Shown here in pieces: positions 63,601 through 64,000 of a DNA stretch of 64,000 bases (position 1 is the first letter of the stretch; each line of letters begins with the position of its first letter). This stretch comes from Sarea resinae (lineage: Eukaryota). A program made the translations under genes and the position numbers. Below the pieces are notes generated by a model. It had not been told where the DNA came from. It saw only the letters and a program-made list of their open reading frames with translations, and made no database searches. The stretch is from contig JAPEUD010000045.1 in NCBI GenBank assembly GCA_026026165.1, positions 62,001 to 126,000 on the forward strand, in the 5' to 3' direction.

Positions 63601-64000
63601 GAGTACTCTACACCGCGAACCGTTCGGCCTACAGGGAGGGTGCCGTACAGATACTTCGTACCTGCCCATCCCCTCCACTCGAGTCTGGTCTGGTCTGATC
63701 GCTCGCTCGCCATCGCCAGTCACTGATTGACTTGACTACCTGCGAAGACCTGTGGCCGCTGGAGCTCTTTTCCTCCCTCGCCCACGACGACTGCTGCTAT
63801 ACCCGCCACTATTATCACTGCTCCCTCTCTTTTCGCGTTGTCGCGTCTCTCGTTTTCCCTTTCCTTGGGCTTCTCTCCTCTCTCCTCCATCCTCCCACTC
63901 GCTCTCCGTCCTGATCCCGTGCCGGCTCTGCCAACTGCTGCAGTCGACAGCTACCGTATCTGCATGCGCCCCCCCAACGTCCAGGCGTCGTCGTTCTGCC

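Overview
Intron-containing genomic DNA from a filamentous ascomycete (Pezizomycotina, indicated by hex-1, btgC and GT..CTRAC..AG introns). I can support 19 protein-coding genes; I saw no rRNA, tRNA, CRISPR array or intact transposon. The left part (1-23 kb) looks accessory/metabolic: an MFS transporter, an FAD monooxygenase and an HxxxD acyltransferase (possible edge of a secondary-metabolite cluster), a WD40 protein, two head-to-head small secreted Cys-rich proteins, an HSL-type esterase, a divergent Mae1 malate transporter/malic enzyme pair with CCG-N7-CCG sites, a DUF2855 protein and an NmrA/epimerase-like reductase. The middle part (24-53 kb) is a cell cortex/septum block: a Seg1-like protein, an epoxide hydrolase, a GPI-anchored BIM1/X325 copper protein, SRR1-like, GH17 BtgC, HEX-1, and a repeat-bearing Arg/Asp/Glu mixed-charge protein. 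An AAA ATPase and about 8 kb of apparently non-coding, microsatellite-rich DNA follow. The strongest unexplained signal is at hex-1: a spliced, stop-free 224-codon in-frame extension upstream of the canonical AUG, within ~1.1 kb of leader lacking ATG in any frame and beginning at a CUG in strong Kozak context. This suggests a non-AUG-initiated long HEX-1 isoform made by leaky scanning. All exon models were spliced by hand and family calls come from motif recognition, not database searches.
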